Shown: positions 40,135-49,239, numbered from the stretch's first letter. The stretch: 58,233 nucleotides of DNA from an uncultured bacterium (GCA_937858895.1 CALLZN010000362.1:1-58233), one strand, 5' to 3'. The notes: generated by a model from the sequence alone, not told the origin. Program-made: numbers and translations.

Positions 40135-41195
40135 GCTTCGTCCTCCGGCTTGCGCTGCGTGCGTTGACCCTTGCGAAAGCTCTGGGTGAGCTCGGCGCGC
40201 ATCGCGTCGAGGGCCGAAGCGGTCGCCTTGGTCGAGACCTCGGCGGCGTCGGCAGGACGCCGCGTCGACTTGGTGCTGCGTCGCCGCTCTTGGTCGCGCG
40301 CGTCGGTCGGAAAGCCGCCGTCGCTCTCGTCGAGCCAGTCGAGCTTCTGATCGATCTCGGCGCGGACACCGCCCTGCATCGACGCATCCTCGACGTCGCC
40401 GAGCTCCTCGGGCGCGTCTTCGATGGCCTCGTGCAGCATGCGACCCACCACGAAGAGCAACTCGGAGTGGCACGAGAAGCGCGTGCTCGGATCAAAGGCC
40501 ATGCAGCGCTCGAGCACCGTGACGAGCTTCGGCGCGTGACCTGCCTGCAAGAGCTTTCCGAACTGGTCGAAGCTCTCCGCCGCCGTGCGCGGGCGATGAG
40601 GCTCGAAGCCCGCGATCATGCGGAAGAGCAAGGAGCCGAGCGCATAGACTTCGCTGGCCACCGTCACCGGCCCGCTGTCCAACTCCGGTGCACGGTAACC
40701 CGAAGGCGTTCCCGGCAAGCCCCAGTCGAGCACGGTCACGTGGGCGTCGGCGCCGAGGAAGACGTTCTGCGCGCAGAGCCCCGGATGCAGGAGACCCGCG
40801 CTGCCGACCGCGGCCAGGATGCCGGTGACCTCGAGGACGACGCGCAGCGCCGATCGCGCCTTGAAAGCGCCGATGCCCGCCGCAAACGACTCGAGCGTCG
40901 AACCGTAGAGCGGCGCGAAGATCGCATGCGCGAAGGGCTCGAGCCCCCCACCCGTCATGTGGACCATGCCTCGCAGACCGCCACGCGCGAGGATCGGCGC
41001 GTGGGTGTCGAACCAGGCTATGCCTGGGTCCTCGAGCGTCTTGAAGATGCAAACATCCAGGCTCTTCTTGTCGACGGCGAGGAAGGCCTTGCCATGGGCA
41101 CCGAATTCCGTGCACGCCGCGAAGCGGAGGCCGAGCATCTCGCCTCCCTCGGTCGGCACAGCAGTTCTTGCTTCGTCTTGGATCTGCGTGGACAT
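40131..41195 (-). CDS. Ser/Thr protein kinase-like pseudokinase with charged, disordered C-terminal tail (alternative SD-supported start at 41138)
   Basis: Kinase subdomains are recognisable: VCIFK (VAIK-like Lys), LLHPGLCAQNVFL in place of HRDLKPxNILL (catalytic Asp replaced by Gly), VLDWGL (DFG-like), YRAPE (APE), SEVYALGSLLFRMIAG, DPSTRFS. GGGAGG lies 4 nt upstream of the internal ATG at 41138 (gagggaggcgagATG). No SD precedes the ATG at 41195. Confidence 0.7.
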   Translation of the reverse strand: MSTQIQDEARTAVPTEGGEMLGLRFAACTEFGAHGKAFLAVDKKSLDVCIFKTLEDPGIAWFDTHAPILARGGLRGMVHMTGGGLEPFAHAIFAPLYGSTLESFAAGIGAFKARSALRVVLEVTGILAAVGSAGLLHPGLCAQNVFLGADAHVTVLDWGLPGTPSGYRAPELDSGPVTVASEVYALGSLLFRMIAGFEPHRPRTAAESFDQFGKLLQAGHAPKLVTVLERCMAFDPSTRFSCHSELLFVVGRMLHEAIEDAPEELGDVEDASMQGGVRAEIDQKLDWLDESDGGFPTDARDQERRRSTKSTRRPADAAEVSTKATASALDAMRAELTQSFRKGQRTQRKPEDEA

Positions 41196-41347
41196 GCGCT
41201 CGCGTGGGGCAAAGGCCCTTCGCGTCTTCGGCCAGGTCGTAAAGACGACCGAAGCCCTTCATGCGCCATGTTTCGCGGCTCGATGCCAGCGCGGGATCGA
41301 CGGCAGCTCGCCGTGGTCGCGCGGCGTTGCGACGGCCGCGCCGTCGC

Positions 41348-42178
41348 TCAAAGCGCGTCGAAGAGCGCTCGCAGCTCGCTGCCGATCCGTCCGTTGCTCG
41401 CTAGCACCTGGCGGTCCCAGAGCGGGCTCTTGCCGGTCTCGAGCACGTCGATGCTGCCCCCCGCCCCGAGAACGAGGGCGGTGGCCGCCGCGACGTCGTA
41501 GGGCGCCAAGTCCTTCTCCCAGTAAGCGTCGTAGATGCCTGCCGCGACGAAGGCGAGGTCGAGCGCCGCCGACCCACAACGACGGATGCCGCGCGCTTCC
41601 ATCAAGGCCGCGGTGAAGCGCTCGACGTTGGTGTCCGCGCCCTTTTCGTTGCGTCCATAACTGAAACCGGTCGCGACGACAGCGTTCCGCACCGCGGTCG
41701 TCGTCGAGACCGAGAGCTTGTGGTCATTGCAGTAAGCACCAAGGGGGGGCCCGCCCAAAAGCCCTTCGCCGCTTGCCGGCCCACCGGGGGCGGGCCCCAT
41801 GCCGCCGCCCGCCGCGACCTCGCCCGAACGCACGATGCCGATGCTGATCGAGAAGGAAGGATGGCCGTGGACGAAGTTGGTCGTGCCATCGATCGGGTCG
41901 AGGATCCACAAGAACTCGGCAGCACGGTCCGCGACGCCCCGCGGCGAGGCGACGCCCTCTTCGGCGAGGATGGCGTCGTGTTCGAAGCGCTCGCGGATCG
42001 CCGTGACGAGCAAGGTCTCGATCTCGCGATCGACTGCGGTCACGAGCTCGCGCCGGCCCTTGAACTCGGTGGCCGCCGAGCTGGCCTTCGCGAAGCGACG
42101 CGCCTCGAAGCGCTCGAGCAAGAGCGCGCCTGCCTGCCGCGCGAGTTCGCGCGCGAAGTCGAGTCTGCGCTGTGTCAT
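41348..42178 (-). CDS. Inositol monophosphatase (IMPase/SuhB) family protein
   Basis: ...ELVTAVDREIE..., ILAEEG, WILDPIDGTTNFVHG (the WxxDPIDGT motif), GSAALDLAFVAAGIYDAYWE. The ATG at 42178 overlaps the upstream stop (ATGA). The listed extension to 42433 is junk. Confidence 0.85.
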   Translation of the reverse strand: MTQRRLDFARELARQAGALLLERFEARRFAKASSAATEFKGRRELVTAVDREIETLLVTAIRERFEHDAILAEEGVASPRGVADRAAEFLWILDPIDGTTNFVHGHPSFSISIGIVRSGEVAAGGGMGPAPGGPASGEGLLGGPPLGAYCNDHKLSVSTTTAVRNAVVATGFSYGRNEKGADTNVERFTAALMEARGIRRCGSAALDLAFVAAGIYDAYWEKDLAPYDVAAATALVLGAGGSIDVLETGKSPLWDRQVLASNGRIGSELRALFDAL

Positions 42179-43713
42179 CGCGCGGCCCTCGTGTGCTCGT
42201 ACAACGCCTCGACGATGCGGTCTTGGGCTTGGGTGAGCTTGCGGTTGTAGCCTTGGCGCGAGGGGTCGTAGTTCATGAGGATCGAGAAGACGACGACCTC
42301 GTCGCTCTCCGTGAGGACGGTTCCGGTCAAGGCGCTGACGCCGCGGATCCAGCCGGTCTTGGCGCGCACGCGGCCAGCGATCTTCTGCATGCGATCCGCG
42401 AGCTTGCCAGAGCGTCCGGCCACCGGGAAGCATGCGATCAGATCCTTGCCCGAGGCTTCGAGCAGCGCGCTCGCGAGCCCGTGCGCGAGCAAAGCAGCCG
42501 TGACTCGGTTGCCGCGCGACAGACCCGATCCATCGACGACGACGAGGCCGTCGCTCCCCTTCGCGCCGGCGAAGCGCTGTTGCATGGCGGCGACGCCGGC
42601 TTCGAGCGAGGCCTCGCCGCCCTCGTGCGCGGCGACGATGCGCAGGAGCTGCTCGCCTTGGAAGTTGCTCGAGAGCACGAGCAAGCGCTCCAAGGCCGGG
42701 CGCAAGGGATTGCGCAGCTCACAGAGTTGCGTCGCGGCCTCGTGCGCAGCTCCCGCGGGGGCGCCGGCCTCGAGCGCCCGAGCACGCGCAGGTGCTATGC
42801 GGATGCCACGCTCCGCGAGCGCCGCCTCGAGGCTCGCCTCGTAGCTGCGCTGCGGATCCGGGTCGGCGAGACGCGTGATGCTCGGCCCGAAGCCCGACCA
42901 GATGGCACCCGAGACGCGCACGCCATCGCTCGTCCGAGCGACGACGATGGAGCGCCCCTCCTTCTTCGACCCGGTCGTCTTGACCGAGCCGCGCACGAGG
43001 GCGCGCACATCCAAGCCGCTCGGGTGCAGCACGATATTGGCCGGCGACGATGTCGTCGTCGGCCGCACTTCGACGACGAGGCAGCCCTCTTCGAGGACGA
43101 AGGGGCCGGTTGGTGGCGCGTAGGGCTGGTCGAGCTGGTCCTGGGGCCAAGTCGCTGGCCGCGCCGGACCCGTCCAAGCAGGTGCATCGAACTCGATGCC
43201 GGCCACCTCGCGGACACCCGCGCGCTCGAGGGCGGTGGCAACCGGGGCGAAGTAAGAGCTCTCGCTCCGTTCCCGCAAGAGCGTCGGATCGCCGCTCGAC
43301 TCGACGCGCAAGTACGGCGGACCTGCCGCGTCGTCTCCTCGCGCGCCACTTCGAACGAGCGAGAAGCGCGTCACGAACTCATGGTCGAAGCCGAGCGAGC
43401 GCACGACATGGATCGCGGTCAGTACTTTTTGGTTGCTCGCCGGCGCCATGGCCTCGCGCGCGCGATGTTCGAAGACCGCGCGCTCGTCGCTGAGGCGCAC
43501 TGCAGCGACCGCGCAGCTCGTGCCGTCGCGCTCGACGTCGCGCAGAAGCGCGCGCACGGCCTCGCGCAGCACCGCGTCACCGCTGTCTCGCCGCCCAGAG
43601 TCCTGCGCGTAGAGCGGCGTTGCGCCCAGCATCGTCGTCGTGCCGACGAGACCAAGGACCAAGAAGCGCTGGATGACCATCCTCTTCCCTCGGGTTTCGA
43701 AACCTGTCTTCAT
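42175..43713 (-). CDS. dacB: D-alanyl-D-alanine carboxypeptidase/endopeptidase (PBP4, peptidase S13)
   Basis: Signal is MKTGFETRGKRMVIQRFLVLGLVGTTTMLGA. The active-site region is MAPASNQKVLTAIHV (SxxK). S13-like architecture of about 510 aa. The ATG at 43713 overlaps the upstream stop by 1 nt (TGATG). Confidence 0.8.
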   Translation of the reverse strand: MKTGFETRGKRMVIQRFLVLGLVGTTTMLGATPLYAQDSGRRDSGDAVLREAVRALLRDVERDGTSCAVAAVRLSDERAVFEHRAREAMAPASNQKVLTAIHVVRSLGFDHEFVTRFSLVRSGARGDDAAGPPYLRVESSGDPTLLRERSESSYFAPVATALERAGVREVAGIEFDAPAWTGPARPATWPQDQLDQPYAPPTGPFVLEEGCLVVEVRPTTTSSPANIVLHPSGLDVRALVRGSVKTTGSKKEGRSIVVARTSDGVRVSGAIWSGFGPSITRLADPDPQRSYEASLEAALAERGIRIAPARARALEAGAPAGAAHEAATQLCELRNPLRPALERLLVLSSNFQGEQLLRIVAAHEGGEASLEAGVAAMQQRFAGAKGSDGLVVVDGSGLSRGNRVTAALLAHGLASALLEASGKDLIACFPVAGRSGKLADRMQKIAGRVRAKTGWIRGVSALTGTVLTESDEVVVFSILMNYDPSRQGYNRKLTQAQDRIVEALYEHTRAAR

Positions 43714-44594
43714 CAAGGGCTCCCCTCCTCACGCTCCCCGGCCTCCGCGGTGCTGGCTACCACGAGTGGCACTAAGTCCTGCAAGAACTCGACGCGCGTA
43801 GCGATGGCTGCAAAGGCAGCTCTGCGACGCTCCTCATCCGCGAGCAACGCGAACATCGGTGGGTAGAAGTGCGTCGCCGCGATGCGCTTCGGCCGCGCGC
43901 GCTCGGCGACCTCGACGAGGTCGCGTGGCGTCATGTGTCCGTGCTTGGCGTCGTCCGAGGCCTCGTCCGGGAAGCTGCACTCGAGCCAAGCAAAGTCGAC
44001 ATCGAGGCAAGCCGCGACGACTTCATCGCAGATCGCCGAGTCGCCCGAGTAGGCGAGGGTGGGCCCACGCTCGTGCGCAGCCCCGCGCTCGACCACTTCG
44101 ATGCGGTAGCAGTAAGCCGGCAACGTGTGCGCAGCGCGGTAGGCCGTGAAGCGCAGGTCGCCAACCGCCGTCGCGCCCGGCTCGAACTCGTTCACCTGAC
44201 TGCGCGGGTGCTTGACCCACTGGCCATAGACCGACTCCCAGGCATCGAGGATGCGTGCGAGCCCTGGCGGTCCGTGCAGGACGAGGTCGCGCTTCGCCTC
44301 GAGCGACGGGTTGACCCGCAAGAAGAGGAGACCCAGCAGGTCGGCGTGGTGGTCGGGATGAAAGTGCGAGAGCACGACGTGGTCGATGCTTGCTGGGTCG
44401 ATCAGCGCTTGCTGGAGGCGCAAGAGCGTGCCCGGTCCGCAATCGATGAGGGTTCGCTGGCCACAGGACTCGAGCAAGTAGGCGGACGCCGAGCGACCGC
44501 CTCGCATGAGGATGCTGCCGGTCCCGAGCGGCAAGAGCCGCAGCTCGGTCGGGGCCAGCGGCGTGGCTTCGCGTTGTGTCGAGGCCTGGGTCAC
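43713..44594 (-). CDS. MBL-fold metallo-hydrolase (RNase Z/arylsulfatase-like)
   Basis: VVLSHFHPDHHADL (HxHxDH). The downstream His/Asp ligands are ...YSGDSA... and ...HGHMTP.... Confidence 0.8.
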   Translation of the reverse strand: MTQASTQREATPLAPTELRLLPLGTGSILMRGGRSASAYLLESCGQRTLIDCGPGTLLRLQQALIDPASIDHVVLSHFHPDHHADLLGLLFLRVNPSLEAKRDLVLHGPPGLARILDAWESVYGQWVKHPRSQVNEFEPGATAVGDLRFTAYRAAHTLPAYCYRIEVVERGAAHERGPTLAYSGDSAICDEVVAACLDVDFAWLECSFPDEASDDAKHGHMTPRDLVEVAERARPKRIAATHFYPPMFALLADEERRRAAFAAIATRVEFLQDLVPLVVASTAEAGEREEGSP

Positions 44595-44646
44595 CTTGCG
44601 CTCGGTTGCCTAGATCGCGGCGCGGTCGCTCCCGCTGACAGGACCT

Positions 44647-45648
44647 TCATCGACCACCCGACGCATAGCCGTGGGGATGCGTGCGGTGCCAGTTCCAGGC
44701 CGTCTCGAGGATGGACGTGAGGTCGCCGAAGCGTGGCTTCCACTGGAGCTCGCGCTTCGCGAGCTCCGACGAACCGACGAGCTTGGGCGGATCGCCGGCT
44801 CGACGCGGAGCCGTGACCGCGGGGATCGCGTGGCCGGTCAAACGCCGCGCTTCTTCGATCACTTGCAGCACCGAGTGCCCTTCCTCGTTGCCGAGGTTGA
44901 AGGCGCTGCGCGTGAAGCGTCCCTCACGCATCGCAGTCAGGCCGAGGACGTGCGCTTCGGCGAGGTCGAGCACGTGGATGTAGTCGCGGATGCAGGTCCC
45001 GTCCGGCGTCTCGTAGTCGTCCCCGAAGATCGCGACCTTCTCACGCTGGCCGAGCGCCACCTGCAAGACGATCGGGATCAGGTGCGTCTCGGGCTCGTGG
45101 TCTTCGCCGATGTCCCCCGACGGATGCGCGCCTGCCGCGTTGAAGTAGCGCAAGCTGCAAGACGCGAGGCCATAGGCGCGCTCGTAGTCCTCGAGCAAGC
45201 CCTCGCAGAAGAGCTTGGTCCGGCCATAGGGATTGACCGGCGCCTTCGGCAAGTCCTCGACGATCGGGATGCGCTCAGGCTCGCCGTAGACCGCACAGGT
45301 CGAAGAGAAGACAAAGCGCGTGCAGTCGACCGCGACCATGGCGTCGAGCAGGTTCTTCGTCGCCTCGAAGTTCTGCGTGTAGTACTCGGCCGGCTTGACG
45401 ACGCTCTCGCCGACGTAGCACGACGCCGCGAAGTGGAAGACCGACTCGGGCCGTGCCTCTTGCAGCGCTGCGTGGACAGCCGCCCGGTCCTTGAGGTCGA
45501 CCTGCAGCAAGGCAACGCCGGGTGGAATGGCTTCGACGTGACCTTCACTCAAGTCGTCGAGGATGGCGACATCCTCGCCGAGCTCGCGCAAGCGATGCAC
45601 GGTGTGAGAGCCGATGTAGCCGGCACCGCCGGTCACGAGAATGGTCAA
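44647..45648 (-). CDS. galE: UDP-glucose 4-epimerase
   Basis: (M)TILVTGGAGYIGSHTV Rossmann motif, YGRTKLFCE (YxxxK), 333 aa. TTG start with GGAG 8 nt upstream. Confidence 0.9.
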   Translation of the reverse strand: MTILVTGGAGYIGSHTVHRLRELGEDVAILDDLSEGHVEAIPPGVALLQVDLKDRAAVHAALQEARPESVFHFAASCYVGESVVKPAEYYTQNFEATKNLLDAMVAVDCTRFVFSSTCAVYGEPERIPIVEDLPKAPVNPYGRTKLFCEGLLEDYERAYGLASCSLRYFNAAGAHPSGDIGEDHEPETHLIPIVLQVALGQREKVAIFGDDYETPDGTCIRDYIHVLDLAEAHVLGLTAMREGRFTRSAFNLGNEEGHSVLQVIEEARRLTGHAIPAVTAPRRAGDPPKLVGSSELAKRELQWKPRFGDLTSILETAWNWHRTHPHGYASGGR

Positions 45649-45659
45649 CTTGGGTTCTC

Positions 45660-47372
45660 CTATCGCTGTGGGTCGGTCGACTTATCGGTCTTGATGTCGC
45701 TCTTCGCGTTACCTTGCTCGGCGCTCGGCTCCGAAGCCGCAGCTGCCCCCCGCATGCCGAGCCGCTCGGTCCACTCGTCGAGGACCTTGGCGCGGCGCAC
45801 GGGCGTGGCCTCGGCTCCTCGCTCGAGCAAGAAGGACGCGCCGGTGGCGCGCGCGAGCTGCTCGTGCAGGTAGCGGAAGACCTCGTGGTCCTCCTCGCGT
45901 CCGAGCGCATCGAGGAGCAAGCGCGCCGCGTCTTGCCGCGGCAACTGCCGCGCGAGGCCGGCAGCGATCTTGCGGTTGCCCGCCTCGCTGTCCATGAGCG
46001 CGACCTGCATGTAGACGCTCGGAGCGAGCTTCGTGCGCAGGAGGGCAGCGAGGGCGGCGAGGCGCAGCTCGGCGTCGCTGTCGCGCTTCAGGACGTAGAG
46101 GTAGTCCTCTTCGACGGCTTCGATCGCTTCGGCGTTCTCGGAGAGAATGCGCAGGGCATTGCTGCGCGCCTTCGACGAGTCGGACTTGCGAAGTTGGTAG
46201 CGCAGCTCCATCGACGAGAAGCTCGTGCGCGCGCCGAGCTTGACCTCTTCGTTCAGCGCCTTGCGAAGGTTGTCGAGGGCTGGACGCGGCACGGTCGCGT
46301 CATCGGCAGCGATACTCTCGAGGCTGGCCAAGGCATCGCTGTAGCGGTCGAGGCTGCGGTAGCACCAAGCAGTTTCGAGGCAGGCTTCACTGACGATGCC
46401 GCGCGCGCGCTGCTCGGCGCCGAGCTCGGTCAGAGGACGCAGGAGCGCGAGGGCTTGATCGACCTTGCCCTGGTAGCGCAGGGACTTGGCGAGGTCGAGT
46501 TCCAACTGGGGATGCTTGGGCCAGGCGACGAGCGCCTTGCGCAGCACGGTTTCGAGTCGCTCCGGCTGGAAGCGCCGCATCAAGTGGCCCGCGAGCAAGC
46601 GGCTCGCCTGAATGCCCAAGGGACCGTCGACCAGCGAGGCCATGAGTCGCTCGCCTTCGCGGTGGTGCAAGGCGAGCATGGCAGGGTCGGCGTCCTTGGC
46701 GTAGTGCTCGTACTCGAGCAAGAAGTTGCCGAGCTGCATCGTCCAGCTCGCATAAGCAGGGAAGGCCCGGTGCAAGGCACGCAGCTTGGCGATGGCCGCA
46801 TCGATCTGCCCGCCACGGGCGAGGCTGCGCGCCAGGACTTCGTGAGCGATGACGTGCCGCGGGTCTTCGGCGAGGATGGTCTCGAGCAAGTCGCGACCAT
46901 CCGCGTCGCGTTCGAGGTCGTCGACGAGGCCCATCGCACGCGCGAGCATCGAGACGCGCGTGTCGGCGGCCGGCAGCAAGTCGAGTTCGGGCTTGGAATC
47001 GCCGAACACGCTGACGAGGAGCGCGCGGGCCTGGATCTCTTCTTGCTGGTAAGCGAGCAAGGCCTTTTCGTCGACCGTCGCGAGCAGGGCCGCGAAGCGC
47101 GCTTCGTCGCTTCCTTGTGCCTCGGTCGCTGCGTTTTCGGACAACGCGACCTCGACGCCGAGCCGGCGCGCGAAGGCCTCGAGGGTCTTGCCTGGCGGCG
47201 GCGTGGGTTGGCCACCATTGCGCAGCAAGACGCCGCAGGCGGGCAGGGCCACGAGGGTCAAGAGGGCCAAGAGGCCCAAGATCATCGACGAGGAAGCAGA
47301 CGAAGCGGCCGCCAGCGAGCGGAACGACCGCCCGCCCGAGTGCGAGATCGAACGATGAGAGCGAAGACTCAC
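45660..47372 (-). CDS. TPR/HEAT-like repeat lipoprotein (start uncertain: GTG at 47372 or ATG at 47285)
   Basis: ...RSFRSLAAASSASSSMILGLLALLTLVALPAC lipobox. Helical repeat content follows (AHEVLARSLARGGQIDAAIAKLRALHRAFP..., LAKSLRYQGKVDQALALLRPL..., HEAT-like DAELRLAALAALL). The listed upstream extension to 48026 has no coding character. Confidence 0.6.
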   Translation of the reverse strand: MSLRSHRSISHSGGRSFRSLAAASSASSSMILGLLALLTLVALPACGVLLRNGGQPTPPPGKTLEAFARRLGVEVALSENAATEAQGSDEARFAALLATVDEKALLAYQQEEIQARALLVSVFGDSKPELDLLPAADTRVSMLARAMGLVDDLERDADGRDLLETILAEDPRHVIAHEVLARSLARGGQIDAAIAKLRALHRAFPAYASWTMQLGNFLLEYEHYAKDADPAMLALHHREGERLMASLVDGPLGIQASRLLAGHLMRRFQPERLETVLRKALVAWPKHPQLELDLAKSLRYQGKVDQALALLRPLTELGAEQRARGIVSEACLETAWCYRSLDRYSDALASLESIAADDATVPRPALDNLRKALNEEVKLGARTSFSSMELRYQLRKSDSSKARSNALRILSENAEAIEAVEEDYLYVLKRDSDAELRLAALAALLRTKLAPSVYMQVALMDSEAGNRKIAAGLARQLPRQDAARLLLDALGREEDHEVFRYLHEQLARATGASFLLERGAEATPVRRAKVLDEWTERLGMRGAAAASEPSAEQGNAKSDIKTDKSTDPQR

Positions 47373-47528
47373 GCGCGCATTGCAGCAAGAGGGACGCCGC
47401 CGTGCAAAGGCGCGCCCGCGGCATTTCGACGGAAGCGCTTCGCAGGGCACGCGTGCGCCTCGTGAAGATGCTCGCATTTGCCACGCCGCCGCAGGTGTTC
47501 CAGCAGCATTCGGGCTAGGATCTCCTGC

Positions 47529-48701
47529 ATGAGTTCTTGCTTCGGACCCGCTGCCCGCGCGCGCTCTTCGCGCCGCACGACCCTGGTCACCGTTCTCGCT
47601 CCGACACTTGCCCTGCTCGCCTCCTGCCAAGAAGGAGGGCTCGACAAGGGCGTCGCCAGCGAAGTGAAACTCGCGGTCGACCACCACATGAACCGCCTCG
47701 GCGGCGCACCGAGTTTCACGACGTTTCCAGTCAAGCCCAACACCTCTTGGGCCGAGTTGCAGACTCTGCACTTCGAGGACGATGGGCAGTATTCGACCTC
47801 GAGCCCCGGCAACCAGCGCTCGGCGAAGAACGCCTACTTCTTGGGTAAGAACGGTGAGCTCACGCTTGCCGACCGCGTGAGCGGCAGCGTCACGCTGCGC
47901 TACTCGGGCTACTACGACCTCGGTGGTGACGCCTACTGGTTTCTGATCCGCAGCAACGTGAGCGAGAACCTGCTCTTCGGCGTGCGACAGATCTCGGGAC
48001 GGCCGACGGTGCAAGACGATTGGCACCTCTTCGGCGAGACCCTCATCTTTGCGGCGACGAACGCTGCCCAGGTGCCAGAGAACATCGCGCGCACCTTCGT
48101 CGGCGACGCAACGATCGACGGCTCGGGCGCGATCACGGCGGGACTCGTCAAGGACTCACGCGACAAGACCATCCTCCTCGAGGGTCGCTTGACCGGCGGC
48201 ACGCTCGGCTTCTCGGACTTCGCGATCGAGTTCAAGGGCGACGACACGCGCAGCTTCTCTGGCGGCGTCGCCAAGCACGTCGGCGTCCTCGTCGACCGCA
48301 CTTGGGACGACGGCGAAATCGGCACGCTCGTGATGGTCCGCAAGCAGACGGCGAGCGCCGATCCAACCCGCATGATCGGCAGGTGGCGCGTCGGCCTCCA
48401 TGCGATCTTCAACAAGCCGGGCCGCGCCGGCGTCGCCGCCTCGTCGGGCATCCTCGAGCTCGCGACCGGTCGGACCTTCAAGCTGAGCTTCACGGGCAGC
48501 AACACGGTGCTCAACGGGAGCTTCGACATCGGCGACAAGGGCGCGATCACGCTCGTCGAGAACGGTGGCTTCAACCAGCGCTTCGAGGGCGCCGTCGACC
48601 CCGACTACCGCGTGATGACCTTCGTCGACAAGACCGTCGAGAACTCGGGCGACCCCTTCGTCGCGCTCTACTTCGCGATCCTCGAGTCGACGGCGAACTG
48701 A
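47529..48701 (+). CDS. Hypothetical lipoprotein (390 aa)
   Basis: MSSCFGPAARARSSRRTTLVTVLAPTLALLASC lipobox. The rest looks beta-rich, with no recognised motif. Confidence 0.6.
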   Translation: MSSCFGPAARARSSRRTTLVTVLAPTLALLASCQEGGLDKGVASEVKLAVDHHMNRLGGAPSFTTFPVKPNTSWAELQTLHFEDDGQYSTSSPGNQRSAKNAYFLGKNGELTLADRVSGSVTLRYSGYYDLGGDAYWFLIRSNVSENLLFGVRQISGRPTVQDDWHLFGETLIFAATNAAQVPENIARTFVGDATIDGSGAITAGLVKDSRDKTILLEGRLTGGTLGFSDFAIEFKGDDTRSFSGGVAKHVGVLVDRTWDDGEIGTLVMVRKQTASADPTRMIGRWRVGLHAIFNKPGRAGVAASSGILELATGRTFKLSFTGSNTVLNGSFDIGDKGAITLVENGGFNQRFEGAVDPDYRVMTFVDKTVENSGDPFVALYFAILESTAN

Positions 48702-48714
48702 TGCGCGTGCACCC

Positions 48715-49218
48715 TCACCAGCGATCGAGCTGGTAGGGCTTTCCGTCGTCGAGAAAGCGCAGGTAGCCTGCGTGATAGGGCGCGCGCAAGACTTCGTGCA
48801 GGCGTGACTTGGCGACCCAGAGCAGGCCTTCGACCTCGGAGGCGGGCATGGGTTCGAGACCGGCGCTGCCGTCGATATCGACTTCGACTTCGACTTCGAA
48901 GAAAAAGGAGCGCCAAGCATAGGCCGGTTTCGCGTCGACGAAGCGCAGGCCTTCTTGGACGAAGAGGAAGCGACTCGCCTTGATCAGCGTCGACGTCTCT
49001 TCGCGCCACTCGCGGATCAGCGCTTCCTCGAGGAGTTCGCCTGGCTCGACGCGGCCGCCTGGCAAGTCGAAGGTGCGCACGGCTTCACCGCGTGGATCGA
49101 GGCGTCGGCGGTTCGCTGCGAGCAAGACGCATGCATCGCGCTCGAGCACGCCGAAGGCGCCGAGGAAGTCCTGTTGGAGTGCGACTTCGGACATACTGCG
49201 CACGATAGCGACGCGCAT
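48715..49218 (-). CDS. NUDIX hydrolase
   Basis: The Nudix box GGRVEPGELLEEALIREWREETS matches Gx5Ex7REUxEExGU. Start is the ATG at 49218, or alternatively 49194. Confidence 0.8.
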   Translation of the reverse strand: MRVAIVRSMSEVALQQDFLGAFGVLERDACVLLAANRRRLDPRGEAVRTFDLPGGRVEPGELLEEALIREWREETSTLIKASRFLFVQEGLRFVDAKPAYAWRSFFFEVEVEVDIDGSAGLEPMPASEVEGLLWVAKSRLHEVLRAPYHAGYLRFLDDGKPYQLDRW

Positions 49219-49239
49219 CAGAAGGAAGCGAGGGGAGTC

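Noticed and set aside
31628-41195. Heme oxygenase, phycobiliprotein lyase (CpcE/F, CpcS/T) or phytochrome/GAF sensor inside the bilin-like operon.
   Set aside because: I inspected every ORF of the operon and none shows HO-like, HEAT-lyase, lipocalin-lyase or GAF/PHY motifs. Their absence is recorded as an open question rather than a feature.
41730-41830. Gly/Pro-rich low-complexity insertion (AAGGGMGPAPGGPASGEGLLGGPPLGA) in the IMPase-family protein, as a sign of pseudogenisation.
   Set aside because: The frame stays open. The flanking catalytic motifs (WILDPIDGT, GSAALD) are intact. This is most simply a variable surface loop.
48860-48900. Short coding tandem repeats: cgactt x3 encoding EVEVEV in the Nudix gene, and cagctcggccgg x2 at about nt 9000-9030 in the RHS linker.
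   Set aside because: These are in-frame low-complexity coding repeats of only 2-3 units. Nothing indicates phase-variation or regulatory function.
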